From the NCBI RefSeq assembly GCF_006345805.1, contig NW_021824096.1, positions 1 to 20,002 on the forward strand: DNA of 20,002 bases. Reading direction: 5' to 3'. The stretch is from Octopus sinensis (Eukaryota). Under the pieces are notes generated by a model. That model did no database searches. It had not been told where the DNA came from and saw only the letters and a program-made list of their open reading frames with translations. A program made the position numbers and the translations under genes. Below are positions 1 through 9,890 of this stretch, piece by piece (within the stretch, counting starts at the first letter, position 1; each line of letters opens with the position of its first letter).

Positions 1-109
1 AGTCGCTTCGTCAAATTTAAAATTGCATCAGTGTAACGGAGGAAAAAACTGGCGACTCAAACACTACGCTCTGTCAAATTATGTAAACATATTTGTCTGT
101 GAGCGAGTG

Positions 110-218
110 TTGCTATTGTTGCTGTTACTGTGGTTGTTGTTGTTGTCGTCGTCGTCGCCATCTTCTTCTTCTTCTTCTCCTCCTCCTCCTCCTTCTTCTT
201 CTTCTTCTTCTTCTTCTT
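110..218. repeat. Compound trinucleotide microsatellite (GTT/GTC/TCT/TCC)
   Basis: Consecutive triplet runs; explains the poly-L/S/P/K ORFs at 23-374. Confidence 0.95.
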
Positions 219-648
219 GTAGTAAGTGTTCGTTTTGGTCATGTCATTTGTTTTTATATTATCATTTGTTCCGTGCATTTGATCATTTTCAGGGGGTTTT
301 TTTCTTTTCTATTTCTAAGTGCAGGCTGGTTGTCTTGGAGATATTTTGATGCGAAAATATTGTCAGAACTGTAAAAATATCATCAAAGGTATGAAAACAA
401 ATAAAGTATAAAGTCTGTGACGACAAACTTATATTTGTTTTGTCTAGCGCCAGGTTTTGGGACATACCCCCTAAAGAACTAAAAACCTAATTGGCAAATA
501 TTCCAAAGAAATTTTCGTTTAGTAATGCTTTTCGGCTACAAGGGTCTACATGTACAAAGCAAAATCATATTTTACAACAAAAGGGTCGCAAGACAGGCGG
601 AGATGCAAATACATGTAATAAACGAGAGGTAAGATAATATCATAGTAT

Positions 649-886
649 CACGTGACCGACCAGACAATCAGATGCTGTTACACATCGCCGATCACAATGC
701 GCTTTTTTGCATTGTTTTAGCTTTCGAATGACTCCACCCAGCTGGCTAGGCGAGCAGAACAACATTTCCCCCTTTTCGAAAGGGGTACTGGAGCAATGTG
801 AAATGAAGCGCTTTGCTCAAGAATCGAACCCATGACCTAACGATCGTGAGTTCAACAGCCTAACCACTAGGCCACGTCCTTTCCAC
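649..886 (-). mobile_element. tRNA-derived SINE, decayed
   Basis: Minus strand has Pol III box A TGGCCTAGTGG (874-864) and box B GGTTCGATTC (830-821), followed by TTGAGCAAAGCGCTTCATTTCAC, similar to the central box of the SINE at 3388. Confidence 0.75.
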
Positions 887-1689
887 ACATCGTAGTGTAA
901 TATATTAAAATAGGTTTAAAATGTTCCTGAAAAAGTAAACAAAAATAGCCATCCACCCATACACGGGTGCGAAGCTACCATCTAAATAAGACCAGGATGC
1001 GCCACAACTCTAACCACCCTCTCTGCTCCGATCACATTCTGCAAATTGGGTCCTTTGTGAGCATCTTCGATTTTAACCAAGCTGTAAAGAATTCCACATC
1101 TTCTTGGCAGTAATCCCTTAATTATTGAAAAAGCAACGTTATCGATTTTCATTTCTAGAGATACCAGACATTCACTCCCGCCATTCCCTCTTCAATCTGT
1201 ACAGTATTTTGTCGTCTTTTAGGTTCGGCATCAAATGGAGTAGGCTGCCGTTACCCCTTCCAATTACCCTTAAGTACCCAGCCACTTATAATCTTTTATT
1301 CTGGGCTCGTTCTTTCTCTGTTTTTCTGTTTCTTTCGTTTTTTATTGTTCCCAGTGATTTAATGCTTTTCTTGAAACCCAATCTCCTCCCCGTTGCCACA
1401 AAACGACAGGGTGGAAATACTGCTCGTATTGCATGTTGCGAGAGGAGTTCCCTACGTTTCTTCGCGCCCTAATTCCTCAGTTCTTCGGCTCCTAGTACTG
1501 GTATTAAAAAGGATAAGATGATTTCGTTTGGCTTTACTTCAGCTCTAATTATTCTTGGAGCTGAGGGAAGCTGCGACTGCAACCTTAGTTTTTCACTTCT
1601 GTTACCATCTTTGCCCTTGTCTGCTGCCTTCTTTTTAATTTTATTCTTCTTCTTGGCAGAAGACCTTCGAGTGGATTTTTGTTAGAACA

Positions 1690-1870
1690 CATCTAATAAG
1701 TGCCTTTTCTAGACTACACAACCATCGTTTGGATCGACCTCATCTTCGCACCCTCGGTGGAGTATAACGTTAGAGTAGTTTTGTAGTCTTTGGATCATCA
1801 TAACTTAAGATCCAATCCATGCAGACTCTACCCAACTGCATTTTGCTGTAGGTCAAATCTGTACTCATCA
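1690..1870 (-). pseudogene. Possible RTE-like LINE post-RT C-terminal remnant
   Basis: Minus frame reads CMDWILSYDDPKTTKLL*RYTPPRVRR*GRSKRWLCSLEKAL, resembling the RTE C-terminal pattern W-GH-LR---R-TK-LL---P-G-R-RGRP-KRW. Similarity by eye only; two stops. Confidence 0.3.
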
Positions 1871-1953
1871 GCAACCTGCATTATGCTGTGAAGGTGCTGT
1901 CAAGCTGAGAATCAGCTGTAGTAATCTCCTAATATAATAATGAGTGTACTGTT

Positions 1954-2005
1954 TATATATATATATATATACATGCATGCATGTATGTATGTATGTATGT
2001 ATGTA

Positions 2006-2038
<33 letters not shown>

Positions 2039-2062
2039 ACATATATATGTATGTATGTATGT

Positions 2063-2106
<44 letters not shown>

Positions 2107-2129
2107 ACACACATATATATAATATATAT

Positions 2130-2201
<72 letters not shown>
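1954..2201. repeat. (TA)n/(TATG)n microsatellite
   Basis: Direct repeat runs; source of the YIYI/MYVC ORFs. Confidence 0.97.
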
Positions 2202-2206
<5 letters not shown>

Positions 2207-2614
2207 CAAAATCACAGAGTACGAGTAGGACGGAGTAGGAGAAAAAGTAGTATAAGTGAGGGGAGAGGAGAGAAAATAGTAATTCAGCGAAGGAGAAGTA
2301 GTGAGAGTAAGAGCCCTGACTGAGAGAGTGAGAGAAAGTAATAGCAATGGAGAAAGGAAGGGTGATAGATGAATAAGGAAGAAACGAGTGAAAAAAGTCA
2401 GCGTTTCAACTCCGTGTGAGTATATGTGTGTGTGTATGTAAAAGGGGGGTATATGAATGTGGGGTAGGGTGCAAAGAAAATGAGATTGCAAACGTTCAAC
2501 GCTGAAAAGAAAAATCAAACAGCATTTCAACTCTGTGTTAGTATATATGTGTATGTGTGTGCGTGTACAAGGGAAGTATGTGAATGTTTGTATCTGTGAT
2601 TATTTTGTACCTTA

Positions 2615-2670
2615 TTTATATATAAAATACGACAATTAGCCGTCATTTTTGACGGCCCGGGGTCAGCTAG
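2615..2670 (+). mobile_element. Candidate 56-bp non-autonomous mini-Helitron, or an isolated Helitron 3' end
   Basis: Hairpin GCCGTCA-TTTT-TGACGGC (2639-2656), 10-nt spacer, CTAG (2667-2670), then T. Upstream A|TTTATATATAAAA at 2614/2615 resembles a TCTATATATAAAA-type 5' end. Confidence 0.45.
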
Positions 2671-3387
2671 TAATATCTATGACCACCACTCTCGTATTTC
2701 TCTTTACCTTGAAATGCGATGCAGATCTGCTTGATCAGGGGCCTCAAGCATAGATAACAACAAAAATATCCCGGTTGACTGTCCTCCTGAAAGTAATAAC
2801 TTATAAGCTAAGAAGAAAGAATGCACTAAAAAAAAGAACACCCGAGAGTAAAGAATTGCTTTTTGTGAACCGAGAAATAACTGAGACAAAATAAATCAAA
2901 TATGGCATAGATTGATTACCGAAATGTATTTTACAGCATAAAACAGCAGTCGTCGTAGACATTGTATATAAACACTGAGATATTATTAATATGCATATCG
3001 AGAGTAAAAAAAAAAAAACTTAGCCCCTTTCTGTACGAGGCGCATTTAAGAAAAAAAACTTTTTATCCTTTCTTCACTCTTCTCTCAGCTTCGACTCCAT
3101 TTAAAAAAATTGAAAACTGAAACCATCAATTGTTACAAAATTTGATTGAAAATTCTTATATTATATAAAGATGGTGTAAATTTCTTTTTAAAAATCATTG
3201 TCCAAGTGAAGGACTTGTGAACAACGTAATTCACCTGGGATTAAAATTACGAACATAGATCTAGATCCAGACACTAAAATCAGAGAATTATAACAGAACT
3301 ACAAACGCAAACACTTAGGAGTAGATGAACCTGGTGAAATAAGTCAGGCAGAAATAAAGGAGAAATTGGGAAATGATATTACGGAAG

Positions 3388-3697
3388 AGTATTCCGTCGA
3401 TTACGACGACAAGCGTTCCAGTCGATTCGTTCAACGGAACAGCCTGTTCGTTGTTTAGTACTCCACAGACACTCGTACCCTTAACGTTCGTTATCGAGGA
3501 GATAGGTTCAGCGTGTCACAGAATGTGACAATGCTGGTCCTTTTTTGAATTACAGGAGCAACTCGCTTTTGCTAACTTAGGGGAACGGAGCAAACTGAAA
3601 TAAAGTGTCTTGCTCAAGGACACAACACACACCACTGGGAATCAAACTCACGACCTACAACATTGAGTCGAATATCCTTACCACAAAACCACGTTAC
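3388..3697 (-). mobile_element. tRNA-derived SINE (complete first copy; two 3'-clipped copies in the tandem array)
   Basis: Minus strand has degenerate box A TGGTTTTGTGG (3691-3681), box B AGTTTGATTC (3648-3639), central GTTGTGTCCTTGAGCAAGACAC (3626-3605) and tail ...GTCGTCGTAATCGACGGA. Confidence 0.8.
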
Positions 3698-4636
3698 ATT
3701 AACACAGAAGAGTTCTATTAGAAATAGAACTAAATGCCAGAAATATTTTATACACGAATAACTGGTGGTTCTAGTCGTAAACTATAGTTTCAATATGATT
3801 AGAAATTTAAGGAATCGAAGTACCAGTCGATTCGTTCAACGGAACAGCCTGTTCGTTGTTTAGTACTCCACAGACACTCGTACCCTTAACGTTCGTTATC
3901 GAGGAGATAGGTCAGCGTGTCACAGAATGTGACAATGCTGGTCCTTTTTTGAATTACAGGAGCAACTCGCTTTTGCTAACTTAGGGGAACGGAGCAAACT
4001 GAAATAAAGTGTCTTGCTCAAGGACACAACACACACCACTGGGAATCAAACTCACGACCTACAACATTGAGTCGAATATCCTTACCACAAAACCACGTTA
4101 CATTAACACAGAAGAGTTCTATTAGAAATAGAACTAAATGCCAGAAATATTTTATACACGAATAACTGGTGGTTCTAGTCGTAAACTATAGTTTCAATAT
4201 GATTAGAAATTTAAGGAATCGAAGTACCAGTCGATTCGTTCAACGGAACAGCCTGTTCGTTGTTTAGTACTCCACAGACACTCGTACCCTTAACGTTCGT
4301 TATCGAGGAGATAGGTTCAGCGTGTCACAGAATGTGACAATGCTGGTCCTTTTTTGAATTACAGGAGCAACTCGCTTTTGCTACTTAGGGGAACGGAGCA
4401 AACTGAAATAAAGTGTCTTGCTCAAGGACACAACACACACCACTGGGAATCAAACTCACGACCTACAACATTGAGTCGAATATCCTTACCACAAAACCAC
4501 GTTACATTAACACAGAAGAGTTCTATTAGAAATAGAACTAAATGCCAGAAATATTTTATACACGAATAACTGGTGGTTCTAGTCGTAAACTATAGTTTCA
4601 ATATGATTAGAAATTTAAGGAATCGAAGTACCCAGT
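3418..4636. repeat. Tandem triplication of a 404-405 bp unit
   Basis: Units at 3418-3822, 3823-4226 and 4227-4630, differing by only two single-base deletions that I could find; CCAGT starts each unit and recurs at 4632-4636. Confidence 0.97.
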
Positions 4637-4855
4637 TATGACGATAGCAATCTACTCATTGCATTTCGAGTTCACTATTCTGAGGCTTTATATAAATTAA
4701 GCAACTGCCCCGCCCCGACACAGAATGAGAAGAGGTTTATTGCAAAAGAGTTGGTTGATCTAGAAAAATGCTTAAATTTTCTAAGTTCTGAATTTTCAAT
4801 GAAGAAGAAAAATGAAGGGAATAAAAGGTGTCATTAATGTAATTTCAGTTATACG

Positions 4856-4871
4856 ATAGATATAGATATAC

Positions 4872-4959
<88 letters not shown>

Positions 4960-4981
4960 ACAGACAGATATATATATATAT

Positions 4982-5052
<71 letters not shown>

Positions 5053-5053
5053 T
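4856..5053. repeat. Compound microsatellite (TA)(GA)(GACA)(GGCA)(GATA)
   Basis: Directly visible consecutive runs. Confidence 0.97.
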
Positions 5054-5966
5054 ACAACACACGGAGATTGAAGCACATTCATAAATTTTATTTCTTATAT
5101 ATATATATATATATGTGTGTTAGAGTAGGGTTGTCCAAAATATTTATCGGCTTTTACTGGCTGGTGGATTTAATGTCTACTTTAAAAATTTATAGACTGA
5201 TGTCTGTGAAACAAGTCTGACGATTATCGGTCAGAGACATAACCACTTTTCGTTATTGAAAGTACCTTGAAGAATATATTTTCTGAAATGGTCTTTTATT
5301 TTTGTATTTTTTTGCTTTTGTTGTTTTGACTGATGTTGCTTTTTGTTTGATTGTCTTTTTTTGCGAACAACAAAAACAAGCGTATGACTAGGAAACGCCA
5401 AACAGCAACGAACTAATATGGCAATGGAAGCTGCATAGAATATCTCCACGGGGCGCAATGTCTTGTATTAATAACAATACCGAGATACTAGATTGGTTGA
5501 TTGATGATATTTGAGCATAGATATATATATATAAGAATTTGGAAATTATTGACTACTAGTAGACACTTTCATATCAGCAATAAAATTTACAGCCGACCTA
5601 TTCAAACGAAGCAAGACAAAGAAGAAGAGGCATTACATTGACCTAAGTATATTTTAAAGGTGCTTAATGAAGAGGGAAGACAATTAGAGAGAGGATAGAA
5701 AGAAAAAGGAAGGGTGAAAAAAGTAAGGTGAGGGATAAAAGTGCGAAAAGATGATGGGGCGATGATGGGGCGAAGGAAGGAACGAATGAAAGCGATTATG
5801 AAAAGTAATTTCAAGAAAAGAAGCAATGGAGTCAACTTTCCAATGGCGATTTGCACAGTATCTAAGAATGCACTTCTGCTCATACAAGCATGTTACATCT
5901 CTCAGTTTTTCTATGTCTCTCTTCCTTTCTGCATCTCTAACTTACCATTATATCTTCTCTTGCCCG

Positions 5967-6040
5967 AGAATTATAAACTTTCCTTTAGAAATTATAATTT
6001 TCCTTTTGAAATTATAATTTATAATTTTCCTTTTGAAAAA
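5967..6040. repeat. Short AT-rich tandem repeat (AATTATAATTTTCCTTTTGA-like, about 3 copies)
   Basis: AATTATAA..TTTCCTTT recurs three times. Confidence 0.7.
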
Positions 6041-6859
6041 TGTTAATTCAGTTTTCCAAGAGGCTTTGCACAGTAACCACTTTTGCTATGTTTATCCAAA
6101 AATCTTAAACTTGCATGTCCAACAGGTGTAAGCCTAACAGTGAGATTTATGTGAAATTGTTTATCTGCATGATCGTTATTAAATTTTATACATATACATA
6201 CATATTCGAAACTTTAAAGACTTTTTCACTTCCCGAGCGTTAAACTAATACATCTGTTTGTTGTCTACACCATCTGTCTTCGTCTTTTGTTTTTGTGAAT
6301 TCTCCCTATACACGTTCACGTGGTCGCACCAGTTGATCCTGTCTCCTCTCATTACCCAACGAACTTTTCTTGGATTTTCTACCTCTTCTACACTGGACTA
6401 TTCTACCCGGACTCTCTACCTGGATGTTCTACTCTCGTACACTTCAGCTGCACCTCTTCTGTCCATGGATTACACTGTTGATGAGAAATCGTTCCAATAC
6501 ACCACAACGTTCGAAGCTTTTGAACCTTTTGAACTTTTTTGTACTTTCTGCTTTTTCCTTTTGTCGTTTCTTCCTACTCTGGTTGTTCTTACTCTGTTTT
6601 CTCTAATCCGCACCTGCTTGTTACCTTGCCTCTCTCTCCTTCCCTTTCGTCTTCTCTTCTCCCCTTCTTCCCCATTTTGTCTCTGTTTCTTCCTTCTTCG
6701 TCCTTTCCTTCCATGTTTTTATTTTCTTCTCCCACTATTCATATATATTTTTTTCTCCCCACACCTTTTGAATTTTTCCTCCCCATGTCTTTATTTACCT
6801 TCTCTACCCCCTTTTCCCCTTTCTTCTCATTTCTCTCTCTTTTCTTCTCATTTTTCAAT

Positions 6860-9115
6860 CATGCCCGATTACAAACCTATCCTGCTCCCCCTTCACCCCA
6901 ACCTAAAAAAAACACCTTTCCACAGTTCCTTTCCGCTTCTATTAACCTTTCCCAACTAATTTTCAAAAAACACGCTTCGTCAGTCACCTTTCCTTTCTCA
7001 GTCGCTGCCTTCATCACTGCCTCATCCCTAAAGGTTTCCGCCTCCATTTCCACCCCACTTTCCACTCTACTACAACCATCCTACCCATACTCCGTACTAC
7101 ATTCTACCGCATTATGCACGCCACCATTCATTCTACACTTCAAAATACACACCATCGACCATCTTCTCCCTCTGGCGTTTTCCAATCTTCTCCTCTCAGT
7201 CGCTCTCCATGCCAACACCACGTTACATTACATAATTCATTTAAATCATCTTTTAATCAATTTCTCGCTTACACCAAACAATGTAAACTCCACTCACTCA
7301 TCCATTCCATCACACCCGATGCCACTACCCAACTCCTCCACTACCCCTTTCCCTCCTTCATATGCTCCTGCCACCCTCACCAAACCCACCGTCCATCCAA
7401 ACCCCCACACCACATACCCCCATCCCCTCCCTCACAACCTTCTACCATCCCCACCACCCCTCCTACTTCTATCCCATCCACTCCTTCTCCACTTCAGTCT
7501 CTTGTTACCCCACTATCCATGTTCTCCACTATCCATGACCTCATCTCCTCCTCCCGTCTACCCCCCAACACTCCAACTCATTGTCCGCACCCCTTGCACC
7601 CCACAATTCACTTCCTCCCCCAAATCCACAAACATAACAACCCTGGACGTCCCATCGTCTCCGCCTGAAACTGCACCACCGAACTCATCTCCAGATATCT
7701 TGACCGTGTCCTTGCCACCCTACTGGCTTCCCTCCCCTCTCACATCCATGACACCAACCATGCGTTTCGCTTGTTCAACTCTTTCTCCATCTCTCCTGGC
7801 CCCCTCTAAACTTCTCTTCACTCTCGACACGGTGATTCCGAGGGGCTGCAGACACTCCAACATTTCCTTGACTTTCGACCCAACCCCCAACCCGACACAT
7901 CCACACTTATTCATCTGGCCGAACTTGTCCTCTCATTCAACTGCTTCTCGTTCGCTGGGGATTTTTACCTACAGATCTCGGGAGTGGCCATGGGAACGAT
8001 AACGGGCCCCAACTATGCGATTCTGTTTGTTGGCTATGTTGGGGCCCAAATATTCTCAAGTTTCAGGGTCACACTCCCGAACTATACGGTCGTTATAGTG
8101 ACGACTGTATCGGTGCGACCTCACTCTCTCGCGAACATCTAGACTCCTTCCTCTCTTTTGTCAAATCATTCGATCCTGCCCTCCGCGTGTCCTGCACTAT
8201 CTCTGACACCTCTGTCTCCTTTCTTGACATTTCATTCAACATTCATCACTCCACTCTTACCACCTCCATCCACTACAAACACACAGACTCACACTCATAC
8301 TTCAACTTCTCCTCCTCCCACCCTAAACACACCAAGCTCTCCATCCCCTATTCCCAATTCCTCAGTCTACGCAGGCTCTGCAGTAACAACCATGACTTTG
8401 AAACTCAGTCTCAACTCATGGCTCGTCACTTCATCCTACGTGGATATCCCCTCACCACTATCCACACCGCCCTTTCCAGAGCACGTTCCGTGGACCGTGC
8501 ATCTGCTCTCTCCCCCTGCACCCACCCCGCCGTCTCCCGTCTCCCGTTTTATTTCATGTACCACCCCACTACCCTACCTCTCCAACGCACCATTCTCCGA
8601 GCCTTCCAGCGACTGCAGTCCGACCCCTTCGCACATCTTCCCTAACCGACCCCTCCCCTCATTCAGACAAGCCCACAACCTACGAGACCTCCTGGTCCAC
8701 AGCTTCTTTCCTAACTCAATCTCCCAACCCGGCTCGTTCCCCTGCTCCCGCCCACGCTGCTGAACTTGCCCTTACCTCTCCAACACCTCCTCACCGGCAC
8801 CCACCATCGACTCTTTCACCTGCAACTCCAGCAATATCATCTATTGCATCTCCTGCTCTCTCTGCCATTCCCTGTAAATCGGACAAACGGGACGCCGCTT
8901 GGCTGACCGGTTCGCGGAAAACCTCCGAGACATCCGCCTCGCCAATGACACACCAGTCTCACGCCATTTCCGCTCCACCGGTCACGCCTTACAACACTTG
9001 TCTGTGTTCGGATTGTCCTTGCACAGAGGCCATCCGGATTCCCGCTTGCGCCGTGAACAGGGATTAATCTTCTCTCTTCGCTCTTTTACGCCATTTGGGC
9101 TCAACTCTCTTCCCT
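6860..9115 (+). pseudogene. PLE RT + GIY-YIG endonuclease ORF with stops and frameshifts
   Basis: FLPQIHK..PGRPIVS (GRPIVS 7645-7662); GVAMG (7981-7995); RYSDD (8091-8105); SFLD, YKHTDSHSY and SSSHP thumb motifs; linker PCSRPRC*TC (~8740-8770); NIIYCISCSLC..*IGQTGRRLADRFAE (8833 onward); VSRHF..TGH; RREQ.LIF.L....P.GLN. Confidence 0.92.
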
Positions 9116-9725
9116 TCTTATCTAAGCCTCCTCCCCTCTTCTCTCTTCCTCTCACACCCACTTCTTCCCACCCACCTCTCCTCTTTTGCTCCTACTCTTA
9201 CTTCTTCTCTTCACTCCTACTCTCCTTCTGTCTCCTCTTCACCCATACCCACCTTCTCCCTTCTTCTCCCTTCATCGTAACCCCACCCCTACTCAATCCA
9301 ACCCTACCTTCCCTATCCATCCTATCACACCCCCACTCCCACATATCTCATTTCTACCCCTACCCTTGCTTTCCCCACTCTTACCTCCCCCACATCCCAA
9401 CACTACCACACCATACCACTCGACACACCACATACCACCATACCACATCACACCACATCACACTGCATCACATCACACCACCACGCACACACTAGCACTG
9501 ACCACTTCCCAGCCCCACACCATCATCCACACACCTACACATGCACACATACATCAAGGTCACCAGCCCTCTTTCACACGCACATACATGCTATCTTACA
9601 CACCACTACTTTATTATCTCTCCTTCTTCCCAGCTCTCCTGTGTGACCCCTCTGTCCGGCATTCGATGATAGATCGCTAGTCAGTACACATTCTTTATTT
9701 TTTCTCCTTGCTTCTTTCTGTGTTC

Positions 9726-9761
9726 CTTTCTGTGGAAGAGCGTAGGCTCGAAACGTTAAAG
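9726..9761 (+). ncRNA. Minimal type I hammerhead-ribozyme-like motif (variant core) in PLE pLTR
   Basis: CUUU-CUGUGGA-A-GAGC(GUAG)GCUC-GAA-AC-GU-U-AAAG: stem I CUUU/AAAG, stem II GAGC/GCUC, loopless palindromic stem III ACGU, cleavage triplet GUU, core A6 changed to U. Confidence 0.7.
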
Positions 9762-9890
9762 ATTTTTTCACTTCCCGAGCGTTAAACTAATACATCTGTT
9801 TGTTGTCTACACCACCTGTCTTCAACTTTTGTTTTTCTTTTTGTGAATTTTTCCCCTATATATTTTATTCTTTTTCTTGACAGAAGACTT

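Larger units (their letters stand above)
3235..4830 (+). mobile_element. R4/Dong-like non-LTR retrotransposon RT/post-RT remnant, interrupted by a SINE and a triplication
   Basis: 3235-3393 reads GIKITNIDLDPDTKIREL*QNYKRKHLGVDEPGEISQAEIKEKLGNDITEEY. After the SINE it resumes RRVLLEIELNARN and, frameshifted, LVVLVVNYSFNMI. This matches the R4-clade pattern YKYLG-E...KEK--KEY-RRVR-IL--ELN-N...A-PVV-YSF as I recall it. Confidence 0.55.
6206..9860 (+). mobile_element. Penelope-like element, Neptune-type, near full length and inactivated
   Basis: Single disrupted ORF with N-terminal FLSRCL..LIPKGF motif, RT and C-terminal GIY-YIG. A ~105-bp direct repeat (TCGAAAC.TTAAAGA.TTTTTCACTTCCCGAGCGTTAAACTAATACATCTG...CCCTATA) at 6206-6310 and 9748-9860 gives the partial-tandem pLTR architecture. 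Confidence 0.93.

Noticed and set aside
23-374. Three overlapping ORFs with poly-L/S/P/K tracts
   Set aside because: Translations of a trinucleotide microsatellite.
448-628. Possible exon between TTTTGTCTAG and AG|GTAAG
   Set aside because: All three frames contain stops within about 15 codons.
1050-1125. LRDYCQEDV resembling a family B polymerase YCxxDV motif
   Set aside because: Short, bounded by stops, and no other polymerase motifs nearby.
1868-2530. 220-aa minus-strand ORF
   Set aside because: Built from (TA)n and purine/pyrimidine-biased low-complexity DNA; no domain.
2399-2560. Short direct repeat CAGC.TTTCAACTC.GTGT.AGTATAT (two copies), possibly a terminal repeat
   Set aside because: Too short and diverged, with no linked coding sequence or ribozyme core.
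3418-4636. Regular repeat array as a CRISPR
   Set aside because: Units are ~405 bp and identical, with no unique spacers or cas genes; eukaryotic context.
5124-5155. Mariner-like terminal inverted repeat (TAGGGTTGTCCAAAA)
   Set aside because: No matching opposite end or transposase sequence found.
5602-5883. Minus ORF ending LPSSLSTFKIYL, like a LINE C-terminus
   Set aside because: Similarity limited to a few residues in low-complexity sequence.
7666-7668. In-frame TGA at a position where related RTs have Cys, suggesting selenocysteine as in some Naiad PLEs
   Set aside because: One substitution from TGC/TGT in a copy with other stops and frameshifts; the TGA near 8761 is not at a Cys position and no SECIS was identified.
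6539-8002. 487-aa ORF as a host or novel gene
   Set aside because: Mostly an off-frame reading of the G-poor PLE strand; RT motifs lie largely in other frames.
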